From contig NC_016070.1 of assembly GCF_000253055.1 (NCBI RefSeq), positions 330,001-362,000 of the forward strand: DNA of 32,000 bases, given 5' to 3'. The notes beneath the pieces were generated by a model. That model saw only the letters and a list, made by a program, of their open reading frames with translations, was not told the origin of the DNA and did not search any database. Source of the DNA: Thermoproteus tenax Kra 1 (GTDB lineage: Archaea; Thermoproteota; Thermoprotei; Thermoproteales; Thermoproteaceae). This document shows, in pieces, positions 24,040 to 31,516 of the stretch (positions are counted from its first letter, which is position 1; each line of letters begins with the position of its first letter). Made by a program: the position numbers and the translations under genes.

Positions 24040-24158
24040 TATTTGACCTTGAGCATCTCCCTTATCTCGGCGAGGAGCTGCTTCATCTCCCTCAGCCTCT
24101 CCTTGATCATGCGCATCACCTCCTCGTCGTCGGCTTCGGCGTATTTCAGCTCGCTCAT
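24039..24158 (-). CDS. 39-aa helical micro-protein (not in ORF track)
   Basis: Hand translation gives MSELKYAEADDEEVMRMIKERLREMKQLLAEIREMLKVK*. Its ATG (comp. 24156-24158) overlaps the upstream TGA (24155-24157) as ATGA. Its TAA (24039-24041) overlaps the downstream ATG (24037-24039). Confidence 0.5.
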   Translation of the reverse strand: MSELKYAEADDEEVMRMIKERLREMKQLLAEIREMLKVK

Positions 24159-24475
24159 GCCTCGCTCACCTTCTTCAGCTCGTCCCTTATCTCCCTCAAC
24201 ACTGCGTTGACCTCGTCTAGCTCTTCGAGGAGGCTCCTCGCCAACGCCCTATATACGTCGATGCGGACCCTCCGCTCCTTGGCCTGGGCGTCCATGTAGT
24301 CCAAGATGGGCACAAAGGCCACCAACGCCATTATGGCCCCCCAGAATATGGCCAAGGCGCCGAGAACGCCTGCGACTATAAGGAATATCCAAGAGCCGGT
24401 CCTGAAGGCTATGTAGAAGAGGGACACCGGCACCACTGCGCCGATCATAAGCGCCGAGGCCAACATAACGATCAT
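24155..24475 (-). CDS. Small membrane protein with C-terminal coiled-coil helix
   Basis: I trimmed track ORF 24155..24811 to ATG comp. 24473-24475 (MIVMLASALMIGAVVPVSLFYIAF...), which overlaps the ArsR-like stop as ATGA. The product is 106 aa with 3 hydrophobic helices followed by AKERRVRIDVYRALARSLLEELDEVNAVLREIRDELKKVSEA. The upstream 112 codons are G/P/A-rich read-through in the ArsR gene's alternative frame. Confidence 0.6.
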   Translation of the reverse strand: MIVMLASALMIGAVVPVSLFYIAFRTGSWIFLIVAGVLGALAIFWGAIMALVAFVPILDYMDAQAKERRVRIDVYRALARSLLEELDEVNAVLREIRDELKKVSEA

Positions 24476-24795
24476 TGGCCCGACGACGAGCCTGACTCCT
24501 CCGACCTCGCCAGATCCTCCAGCAGCTGTCTGTCTATCACTAGCCTGAAGTCTCTGACCCTGTATATCTTTCTGAGGTGGGGCCTCGGCCTCTCCTCCAC
24601 CACGTAGGAGCCCTCCACTAGGCCTGCCTCCTCCAACACCTTCAAATGCATGTGGGCCAGCGCGTAGGGGATGCGGAGCGACTGAGCTATGTCCTGTATA
24701 AAGGTGGGCCTCCTCACTAACAGTAGGAGGATCTTCACGCGGACGGGGTGCGAGAGGGCCCTCGCTACCCGCACCAAGTCCTCCGGCGAGACCAC
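24472..24795 (-). CDS. ArsR/SmtB-family winged-helix transcriptional regulator
   Basis: I trimmed track ORF 24472..25488 to GTG comp. 24793-24795, 8 nt after the permease stop. The 107-aa product reads (M)VSPEDLVRVARALSHPVRVKILLLLVRRPTFIQDIAQSLRIPYALAHMHLKVLEEAGLVEG, a canonical ArsR HTH. Confidence 0.7.
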   Translation of the reverse strand: MVSPEDLVRVARALSHPVRVKILLLLVRRPTFIQDIAQSLRIPYALAHMHLKVLEEAGLVEGSYVVEERPRPHLRKIYRVRDFRLVIDRQLLEDLARSEESGSSSGQ

Positions 24796-24803
24796 TTTTA
24801 AAC

Positions 24804-25544
24804 TCAGCCATGTCTCTCCTCCCTCCTGATGGCGTATATTAGAATCAGTATCGACGCAATGGAGTACGCCAAGAGCCCGCCGGCGCCTCTGGCTATCTCG
24901 GCCGCGTTCAAGGCGAGGGAGCCGCGCAGGGCGTCTGCCATATAGGTGGTGGGGAGGACGGCGCTGATGAGCCTCAACGGCTGCGGCATCAGATACGCCG
25001 GATAGTAGACGGGGGCTGCGATCAGGAGCAACCAAGGTATTACTTGGGCCATCTGTTGTGATAACGCAACATTTCTTATACTTATCGCGTGGGCATAGCC
25101 CAAGAGTGTGGAGGCGGCGGAGACGAGGGGCGATGCCCCCGCAGCGGCCAAGATCTGCGGAGGCCCGTAGGACGCGCCGGTGAGGGCTGCGGACAGTACT
25201 AACAACAGCGCCGAGGCGCCCGTAGCCATGGCGACGGACTGCGCCACGTAGCTGAGGGCTATCTCCAAGTGGCCGGCTCCGTTGGCCAACAACAGGGAGT
25301 ACTGCCTGGACCAGTACTTCATCTGTGCGACGTCTTGGGCCGTGACAGTGTACGACATCGTAAAGCTGGTTGAGATGACGGTCCCCACTATGAAGTATAC
25401 AACGTACGCCGAGTTGCCCACTAGCCTCAAGATCCACAGCCACAGAAGGGGGAAGGGCACCATGAACCAGGCCAACGCAAGAGACCACCCCCTTGAGGCG
25501 AGCACCATGTATTTGGCGATGACGAGGGCTCTGCCCAGCCTCAT
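24804..25544 (-). CDS. ABC-2 type transporter permease
   Basis: The ORF is 246 aa with 6 TM helices and follows the ABC ATPase gene. Its ATG overlaps the ATPase stop (ATGA at 25541-25544). Confidence 0.7.
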   Translation of the reverse strand: MRLGRALVIAKYMVLASRGWSLALAWFMVPFPLLWLWILRLVGNSAYVVYFIVGTVISTSFTMSYTVTAQDVAQMKYWSRQYSLLLANGAGHLEIALSYVAQSVAMATGASALLLVLSAALTGASYGPPQILAAAGASPLVSAASTLLGYAHAISIRNVALSQQMAQVIPWLLLIAAPVYYPAYLMPQPLRLISAVLPTTYMADALRGSLALNAAEIARGAGGLLAYSIASILILIYAIRREERHG

Positions 25545-26365
25545 GGCAATACGGCGGATAGGACGTCCTCCAACGTCGGCTCCCTCACCTCGAACCTGGT
25601 CCTCGATTTGGCCAACTCAGCCACAATCTCCACGGCCTTGTCCCACTCAACCCTCACGACGCGGTCATCGGTTCTGATCTCGACCCAGGGCAGAAGCCTT
25701 TTGAGCTCAGCCGGCGTCCCCCGCATCAGAATACGTCTGTTTAACACGTAGACCACATCGCTGAGCTCCTCGGCCTCATGGATGTAGTGAGTAGTCAACA
25801 ATACCGTCGAGCCCTCCTCTTTGGCGGCTCTGATGGCCTCCCAGATCCTCCTCCTATTTTGCACGTCTACGCCGATCGTCGGCTCGTCCAACAGTATCAG
25901 CTTGGGCCTGCAGGCCATCGCCGACGCCACTAACACCAGCCTCCTCATGCCTCCCGAGAGGTTCGCGACCGTATCCTCCTCCCGTCCCCCGAGGCCCACT
26001 GCGTCGATGGCCTCCCTCGCGCACTCCTTGGCTCTGCCCTTGGGGATCCCCCGCAGCCTCACGGCCATCTCCACGTGCTCCCTCACCTTGAGCCAGAGGA
26101 AGGGCGATGCCTCCTGTGGGACAGCCCCCACCAGCCCCCTCTCCTTCGCCTTCCCGGGGCTGAGGCCGGCGACCTTGATGACGCCCCTATCGGGGCGGAG
26201 CTCGCCGTATATCTGTCTCAAGAGGGTGGTCTTCCCTGCGCCGTTTGGGCCCAGCAGCGACGTCGTCTCGCCCTCGCCCACCCAAAGGCTGACGTCCTCG
26301 TTTGCCACCACTCTGCCGAAGGACTTCCACACTCCATCAACTATCAAAAATTCTTGTTTCACCAT
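25541..26365 (-). CDS. ABC transporter ATP-binding protein (ABC-2/CcmA-like subfamily)
   Basis: Motifs are Walker A GPNGAGKTT, signature LSGGMRRLV, Walker B LILLDEPTIGVD and H-loop TTHY. ATG 26365 (or TTG 26368) lies about 27 nt after AAAATTTAAATATTTT (comp. 26385-26399). Confidence 0.85.
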   Translation of the reverse strand: MVKQEFLIVDGVWKSFGRVVANEDVSLWVGEGETTSLLGPNGAGKTTLLRQIYGELRPDRGVIKVAGLSPGKAKERGLVGAVPQEASPFLWLKVREHVEMAVRLRGIPKGRAKECAREAIDAVGLGGREEDTVANLSGGMRRLVLVASAMACRPKLILLDEPTIGVDVQNRRRIWEAIRAAKEEGSTVLLTTHYIHEAEELSDVVYVLNRRILMRGTPAELKRLLPWVEIRTDDRVVRVEWDKAVEIVAELAKSRTRFEVREPTLEDVLSAVLP

Positions 26366-26450
26366 CAATTTTAACTGATAGTGAAAATATTTAAATTTTC
26401 TGCTACCTCAGCCGGCGGGCAGACGCAGATAGGGGGAAGGGCCTCTACTC

Positions 26451-26774
26451 CTACGTCGGGCCCCTGTCGAACAGGTATCTATCAGAATAGTGGCGAAGCT
26501 CCTCCTGTAGCCTCTTGAGGACTCCCTCGTCTATCCTCGCGCCGTTGGCGGCGGTCCTCAGATAGGAGAGAGCCGACGAGAGCAGTAGGACTAGCCTTTT
26601 TATCTCCTCGAGGTACTCGTACGAGAGCCTCTTGTATCTGGCGAGCTCGCCTTCTCTCTCGACGCAATGGCGGGCGAGCCTCTCGTAGTCTTCGCAACAA
26701 TCCCTGGCCCGGGTAGCTCGGCCGATAAAGCCTCGGCCGTGGGACTGGTCCGTCTGGGCCGGCGTATGGGCTGT
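26451..26774 (-). pseudogene. Protein-like 107-codon open frame lacking any ATG/GTG/TTG (possible decayed gene or non-canonical start)
   Basis: Hand translation gives ...GRATRARDCCEDYERLARHCVEREGELARYKRLSYEYLEEIKRLVLLLSSALSYLRTAANGARIDEGVLKRLQEELRHYSDRYLFDRGPT*. The track ORF 26482..26853 on the same strand is an R-rich alternative frame. Confidence 0.3.
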
Positions 26775-26865
26775 TCAGCGAGAGGTCAGCGCGCCCTCTG
26801 CCGGGCCCCAGCCTGCGCCTCGGCCGTGCCCATGAGTCTTTATTAAGCTCCATCAGTCGATAGAT

Positions 26866-27651
26866 ATGGACGTAGAGTCGGTCAAAAGGCTGGGCGCAAG
26901 GCTGAGGGAGGCCCTCGGACTGACGACGTTCCCAGTCGGCGTGAAGTTCTGCCGTAGGGGGGAGACGTGCGATCTGTCCGGCTTCAAGAGGCCCTACAAA
27001 GACCTAGGGCTCAGAATGGCCCTCTGCCAAGTGGTCAATATAGCGAGGACGTACGGCTGGTCGCTGGCCGTGGGCCTGGAGGACTCCTTCTGTATGATAG
27101 GGGCCCAGGCCGCGGGCCTCGTGGACAGACATTTGGACTACATAGACGCCGAGGTCCCCAAATGGCACACGTCCAGCCGAGAGGCCGCTGACGCCATAGT
27201 TAGGGCGCTGGGCGCCCGATCGCTCGAGCCGGGCTCCGTAGACCTAGTGTTGGTGGCCCCCCTCGAGCGCTCCACCTTCGTCCCCGATGTAGTCGTCCTG
27301 TACGGCGCACCGGCCCAGATAAGCACTGCCGCTAAGGCGCTAGTCTGGCACGGCGTAATGCCGGAGATGTCGTTTTTGGGCATGGCGTCGTGCACATTGA
27401 TACCGCACGCGCACAAGACCGGCAGAGCGCAGATAAATCTGCCGGGCACAGGCGAGCTTATCTTGGGCAGGACCGAGAGCCACGAGGTGGGCCTAGTCGT
27501 GCCCGCCGACAAGGCAGAGTTGATCTTGACGGGCATGGAGGCCGTGAGGAGGATACACCCATACCCGTTGGCTAAGTTCTCGTTGTACGAGCCCAGAGTG
27601 CCCAGCTGGTACCAAGCTCTGACCTACGACTACTACAGACAGAGGACGTGA
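26866..27651 (+). CDS. DUF169 (COG2043, ArCR) family protein
   Basis: The ORF is 261 aa. The N-terminal LREALGLTTFPVGVKF and cysteine-containing core are typical of DUF169. ATG lies 24 nt after the TATA-like CTTTATTAAG (26838-26847). Confidence 0.65.
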   Translation: MDVESVKRLGARLREALGLTTFPVGVKFCRRGETCDLSGFKRPYKDLGLRMALCQVVNIARTYGWSLAVGLEDSFCMIGAQAAGLVDRHLDYIDAEVPKWHTSSREAADAIVRALGARSLEPGSVDLVLVAPLERSTFVPDVVVLYGAPAQISTAAKALVWHGVMPEMSFLGMASCTLIPHAHKTGRAQINLPGTGELILGRTESHEVGLVVPADKAELILTGMEAVRRIHPYPLAKFSLYEPRVPSWYQALTYDYYRQRT

Positions 27652-27675
27652 AGGCGCCCGGCGATGTTGGCTGCC

Positions 27676-27879
27676 ATGCTCCACGGCCCTTGAGATCTCT
27701 GCGTCGAGGAAGTCCCGGAGCCGGGGCCCGAGCGCGCCTGGGCGCTAGTGAGGGCGTCGGCCGTGGGCATCTGCGGCATGATCAGAGGGGGTAGCGAGGC
27801 CGCTTGTTATATCAGTCGTCGGCGGCCTCCGCAACGCTGGGGGGGGTCTTCGAGAGGGCGCTCCAGCCCTCCGAGGTGA
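27676..27879 (+). pseudogene. Relic of a zinc-type (MDR) alcohol dehydrogenase N-terminus
   Basis: The frame reads MLHGP-TGA-DLCVEEVPEPGPERAWALVRASAVGICGMI..., i.e. the characteristic (L)xxEEVPxPxPGPxExLVxVxAxGICGxD start of MDR dehydrogenases. It is interrupted by an in-frame stop at 27691-27693, and the similarity is lost after about 27790. Confidence 0.45.
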
Positions 27880-27932
27880 AGGTAGCGACAAGGCCGTGAG
27901 CCCGCCTGGGACAAGTCGGCCGAGGCTCTGCG

Positions 27933-28154
27933 TCAGAACGTCTGTATCTCGTAGGGCGGGCTCAAGAGCTCCTCAAGCTCCTCCTTGGTCAGTAGGACGA
28001 ACTCCTTGTCCACCTCGCCCCTCTCCACCGCTATCTTCCTCTCCTCCTCGGTCAGAGCCCATCCGCCCATGGTGAGGCTGCCGACGATGTAGGTGTAGAG
28101 CTTGCCCCCCTTCCTCTTTAGATAGGGCTTGAACTTGACCCGCACTACCCTCAC
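27933..28154 (-). CDS. Hypothetical 73-aa protein
   Basis: It has a GTG start and a balanced composition (MRVVRVKFKPYLKRKGGKLYTYIVGSLTMGGWALTEEERKIAVERGEVDKEFVLLTKEELEELL). I recognise no family. Confidence 0.4.
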   Translation of the reverse strand: MRVVRVKFKPYLKRKGGKLYTYIVGSLTMGGWALTEEERKIAVERGEVDKEFVLLTKEELEELLSPPYEIQTF

Positions 28155-28223
28155 GTTCTACCTAGAGGGAGCAGTTAAGAAGGTTCGGAGATAATACACT
28201 AAAAATGCTCCTTCTAGCTTAGA

Positions 28224-29579
28224 GTGGGCTCGTTGAAGCTCAGAGGCCTCTTCGCCTTGTCGCTGGCCGGCATACTGCCGGCCGGCGCAGCCATCGGGGC
28301 CTCTCCGCTGGTCCAATACGCCGGCGCCGCGGCCCCTTGGGCTGCCCTATTCGGGTTCATCGTAGTCCTATTGTCAGCTCTACCCGTCCTCGAGTACAGC
28401 AGAATCGCCGCCTTCGCGGGCGGCTACTACGGATTGGCGGAGCTAGGGCTGGGTCCGGCCGCGGGCCTCTTCACGGCTGTGTCCAACTACATCTATTACG
28501 TCTTGTGGCAGATCCAAAACGCAATGCTCGCGGGGTGGATCGTCTACGGGATGACCGGCTTGCCTGCGTCGTGGCCCGCCGCCGCTCTGGGGGCTCTGGC
28601 GCTGACCTTCCTGGGAGCTGCATCGCCGCCCAAGATATACGCCGAACGGGTGCTGTTGGTCGCCGTGGGCGGCTCCACTGCTCTGACGCTACTTCTCTCG
28701 GTCTACGTCGCCGTGATGGCCCCTCCGCTCTCCTCTTGGCTGAACCCGTTTGAGGTGGACTGGGGCTCCGTCGCTCTGGCGGCCGCCCTACAGGGAATAT
28801 GGCTGTACGTCGGCTACGGGGCGCCCCTCTTCTACAGCGAGGAGGCTGCGGAGCCGGAGAGGGATGTCTGGAGAGCTGTGGTCCTTGCCCTCGTTGCCTC
28901 GTCCCTCGTATACACGCTCACGGCGTATGCGCTGGCCGCAACGCGGCCCCGCCCCGGAGGAGCTCCCCTGTACATCTCCGCGTGGAGCCGTTATCTGCCC
29001 AGCGCTCTCCTCGCCCTCTACCCCCTCCTCGCAGCGCCCGCCGCAGTTGCCTACGGAGGCCCCGCTGGATCCCACGCGCGACTGCTCTGGGCCATGGCCA
29101 GAGAGGGCATAATCAAGAGCGACTGGCTCGCCCGTAGGAGGCGCGGCGTCCCGCTCAACGCCGCCCTCTTCAACTTCCTTTTGTCGGCCGCCGGAGCCTC
29201 GGCCTTGATGGCGCTCTTCGTCTGGGCCTATGGCCCAAGCCCCGAGTCGGCCGAGCGGGCTTGGCTCGCCGCGTCCTCTACAGCGACTCTCACGTGGTAT
29301 TATCACCACGTCCTGCCCCAGTTCGCCCTTTACCCCTGGCTCAAGAGGAGGGGGAGGTTGGGCGCAAGGGAGTACGCCATCTCTCTGGCGGCACCTGCCC
29401 TGGCGTCGGCCTTCTTCGCCTTCTCGGTCTACGAGTTGGCGGCGCACGGCAGATTCGCGGCCGGGTCGCTCTACGCGTCCTTAGCCATACTGGCGTGGGC
29501 GACGGCCTTCGCTTTGGCCAAGCGGGGCGCCCGGCCTGGCAGACTCTGGAGGCTCTCCCACGGGGCGCCGCTGCAGTAG
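28224..29579 (+). CDS. APC-superfamily (amino acid/polyamine) permease-like membrane protein
   Basis: The ORF is 451 aa with about 12 TM helices. The N-terminal GxG-rich TM1 and the general layout are typical of APC permeases. Confidence 0.65.
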   Translation: MGSLKLRGLFALSLAGILPAGAAIGASPLVQYAGAAAPWAALFGFIVVLLSALPVLEYSRIAAFAGGYYGLAELGLGPAAGLFTAVSNYIYYVLWQIQNAMLAGWIVYGMTGLPASWPAAALGALALTFLGAASPPKIYAERVLLVAVGGSTALTLLLSVYVAVMAPPLSSWLNPFEVDWGSVALAAALQGIWLYVGYGAPLFYSEEAAEPERDVWRAVVLALVASSLVYTLTAYALAATRPRPGGAPLYISAWSRYLPSALLALYPLLAAPAAVAYGGPAGSHARLLWAMAREGIIKSDWLARRRRGVPLNAALFNFLLSAAGASALMALFVWAYGPSPESAERAWLAASSTATLTWYYHHVLPQFALYPWLKRRGRLGAREYAISLAAPALASAFFAFSVYELAAHGRFAAGSLYASLAILAWATAFALAKRGARPGRLWRLSHGAPLQ

Positions 29580-29659
29580 GCCGGAGGGCCGCCGGGCGCC
29601 GCTATTGTTTAATATATAATTAGGAAAAAAGTTTATATCGTCAATTTTGCCCTTGTCCT

Positions 29660-30196
29660 ATGCTGAGGCTTCCTCCGGGCAGAAAACCCCCCGAGGAGAT
29701 CTACGTCTTCGTGGAAATACCCGCCAACTCCAACGTCAAGTACGAATACGACGACGAGCTCGGCGTTATAGCCGTAGACAGAGTCTTGTACACTGCGCTG
29801 GTCTATCCATTCAACTACGGCTTCATACCGAGCACGCTCTCGGAGGACGGCGATCCGCTCGACGTGGCCCTTCTGAGCGGCGCGGAGTTCGCCCCGGGCG
29901 TTCTAGTTAGGGCGAGGCCCATAGGGCTTTTGGAGATGGAGGACGAAGAGGGGACGGACTACAAGGTGATAGCGGTGCCCATAGAGAAAGTCGACCCCTC
30001 CTACGCGGACGTGAAGGACATAATGGATCTGACAAAGCCCACTCTGGAGAAGATAAGGCACTTCTTCGAGAGATACAAAGAGTTGGAGCCCGGCAAATGG
30101 GTGAAGGCAAAGGGCTACCTAGGGGCGGAGGAGGCCAAGAAGTACATAATGGAGGCAGTAGAAAGGTTCAAGAGGTCTCAGGGCTCTACCCCGTGA
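29660..30196 (+). CDS. ppa: Inorganic pyrophosphatase, family I
   Basis: The ORF is 178 aa. Blocks are VFVEIPANSNVKYEYD, YPFNYGFIPSTLSEDGDPLDV and DYKVIAVP. Confidence 0.9.
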   Translation: MLRLPPGRKPPEEIYVFVEIPANSNVKYEYDDELGVIAVDRVLYTALVYPFNYGFIPSTLSEDGDPLDVALLSGAEFAPGVLVRARPIGLLEMEDEEGTDYKVIAVPIEKVDPSYADVKDIMDLTKPTLEKIRHFFERYKELEPGKWVKAKGYLGAEEAKKYIMEAVERFKRSQGSTP

Positions 30197-30818
30197 TCCG
30201 GCCCCTCTCTATCCTTTTGATAGCTTGGGCGAATCTTACGTAGCTGGGGTTCGACTCGGCGATCAACGCCGCTGCGCCGGTAGTCGATATAAACTCTTTG
30301 ACGACTCCGGCGAGGTCGTCCCTCATCTTGGGCGAGAGGCCCTCGAACACCTCGTCCAACAACACGGCGCTGGTCCCCACGACCATCGCGCGCGCCAGCG
30401 CGACCATCTTCTGTTGGCCGCCCGACAACAGCCCGGCCCTCTTCTCCAAGAGCTCCCTCAACACCGGCATCAAGCTCAGGACCAGCTCCAGGCGGTCCTC
30501 CCTCAGCTTGAGCGCCCTCAAGGGCAGGAGGATGTTCTCTCTCACCGTCAAATTGGGGAAAAGCCTCCTGTCCTCGGGCGAGAGGCCGAGCCCGAGCGCC
30601 GCCCTCTCGTGCGGCTTGAGCCCGTCTATGGGCCTCCCGTCCAGCTCCACGCGGCCTTTATATTTTACCAAGCCCATGATGCTCCGCAGCGTCGTAGTTT
30701 TGCCGGCGCCGTTGGGGCCGACGAGGGCTACGGCGGTTCCCCTCGGCACCTCGATGCTGACTCCTCTCAGTATCTCAGAGCCTCCCAGAACTACTCTGAG
30801 GTCGTGCGCCTTGATCAT
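30186..30818 (-). CDS. livF: Branched-chain amino acid ABC transporter ATP-binding protein (LivF-type)
   Basis: The ORF is 210 aa. Motifs are GPNGAGKTTTL, LSPEDRRLFPNLTVRENL, LSGGQQKMVALARA and LLDEVFEGLSP. The 3' end overlaps the convergent ppa by 11 nt. Confidence 0.8.
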   Translation of the reverse strand: MIKAHDLRVVLGGSEILRGVSIEVPRGTAVALVGPNGAGKTTTLRSIMGLVKYKGRVELDGRPIDGLKPHERAALGLGLSPEDRRLFPNLTVRENILLPLRALKLREDRLELVLSLMPVLRELLEKRAGLLSGGQQKMVALARAMVVGTSAVLLDEVFEGLSPKMRDDLAGVVKEFISTTGAAALIAESNPSYVRFAQAIKRIERGRITG

Positions 30819-31516
30819 ACCTCCACTCTGTCTGCGTCCTCCGGCTTGGCTACGGCGACGACCCTACCTTGAGCCATAACCAAGACTCTCGACGCGTATT
30901 TTTTCACTATATCTAAGTCGTGCTCCACGAAGACCGCCGAGGCGCCGAGGCTCTTCAACGAGCTGGCCAGAGAGTCCATAATGCGGTATTTGTCGTCGGC
31001 GGCCACGGAGCTCGTCGGCTCGTCCAAAAGCATCAGCTTGGGGCGGCTGACCGCCGCAAGCGCTACGTCCAGAAGCTTCTTCTCGCCCTCCGACAGCTTC
31101 TCGAGGGAATACATCCTCTTCTCCCATAGGCCGAACAGCTCCAGCGTCTCCCTCACCTCCCGCTCCTCCACCCGCCTCAGAGAGATCCCCTTGGCCGCGG
31201 CCACTGCTATTGCGACGTTCTCGTAGACGGTCAAGCCCCAGAACGCCGATGGAAGTTGGAAGGAGCGGGCTATGCCGAGCCTCACCCTCCTCTGTGGAGG
31301 AAGGTTGGTTATCTCTCTGCCGAGGAAGAGGATCTTCCCCGAGTCCAGCCTAATGAACCCGGTCAGAGCGTTTATCAACGTGGTCTTGCCGGAGCCGTTG
31401 GGACCGACTATGGCCAAATACTCCCCCCTACGCACCTCTAAGTCTACGCCGTCCAACGCCCTCACTCCGCCGAACGACTTCCTCAGCCCAACCGCCTTGA
31501 GAATAACCTCCTCCAT
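30815..31516 (-). CDS. livG: Branched-chain amino acid ABC transporter ATP-binding protein (LivG-type)
   Basis: The ORF is 233 aa. Motifs are LRKSFGGVRALDGV, GPNGSGKTTL, IARSFQ, LSEGEKKLL and MLLDEPTS. It overlaps livF by 4 nt. Confidence 0.8.
   Translation of the reverse strand: MEEVILKAVGLRKSFGGVRALDGVDLEVRRGEYLAIVGPNGSGKTTLINALTGFIRLDSGKILFLGREITNLPPQRRVRLGIARSFQLPSAFWGLTVYENVAIAVAAAKGISLRRVEEREVRETLELFGLWEKRMYSLEKLSEGEKKLLDVALAAVSRPKLMLLDEPTSSVAADDKYRIMDSLASSLKSLGASAVFVEHDLDIVKKYASRVLVMAQGRVVAVAKPEDADRVEV

Noticed and set aside
24472-25488. A 338-aa track ORF that seems to span the ABC-2 permease gene.
   Set aside because: Only its last 107 codons (from GTG 24795) form a coherent ArsR-type wHTH. 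The remainder is an R/G/P-rich alternative frame of the permease gene.
26831-26853. ATG at comp. 26831-26833 as the start for the start-less minus-strand frame.
   Set aside because: It is in a different frame, terminates after 15 codons, and lies only about 5-10 nt from the TATA-like box. That box is correctly spaced for the divergent DUF169 gene.
30248-30257. A T-loop-like GGTTCGACTC motif, and a general search for tRNA or rRNA genes.
   Set aside because: The motif lies inside the livF coding sequence with no acceptor or anticodon stem context. I found no tRNA or rRNA gene in the window.
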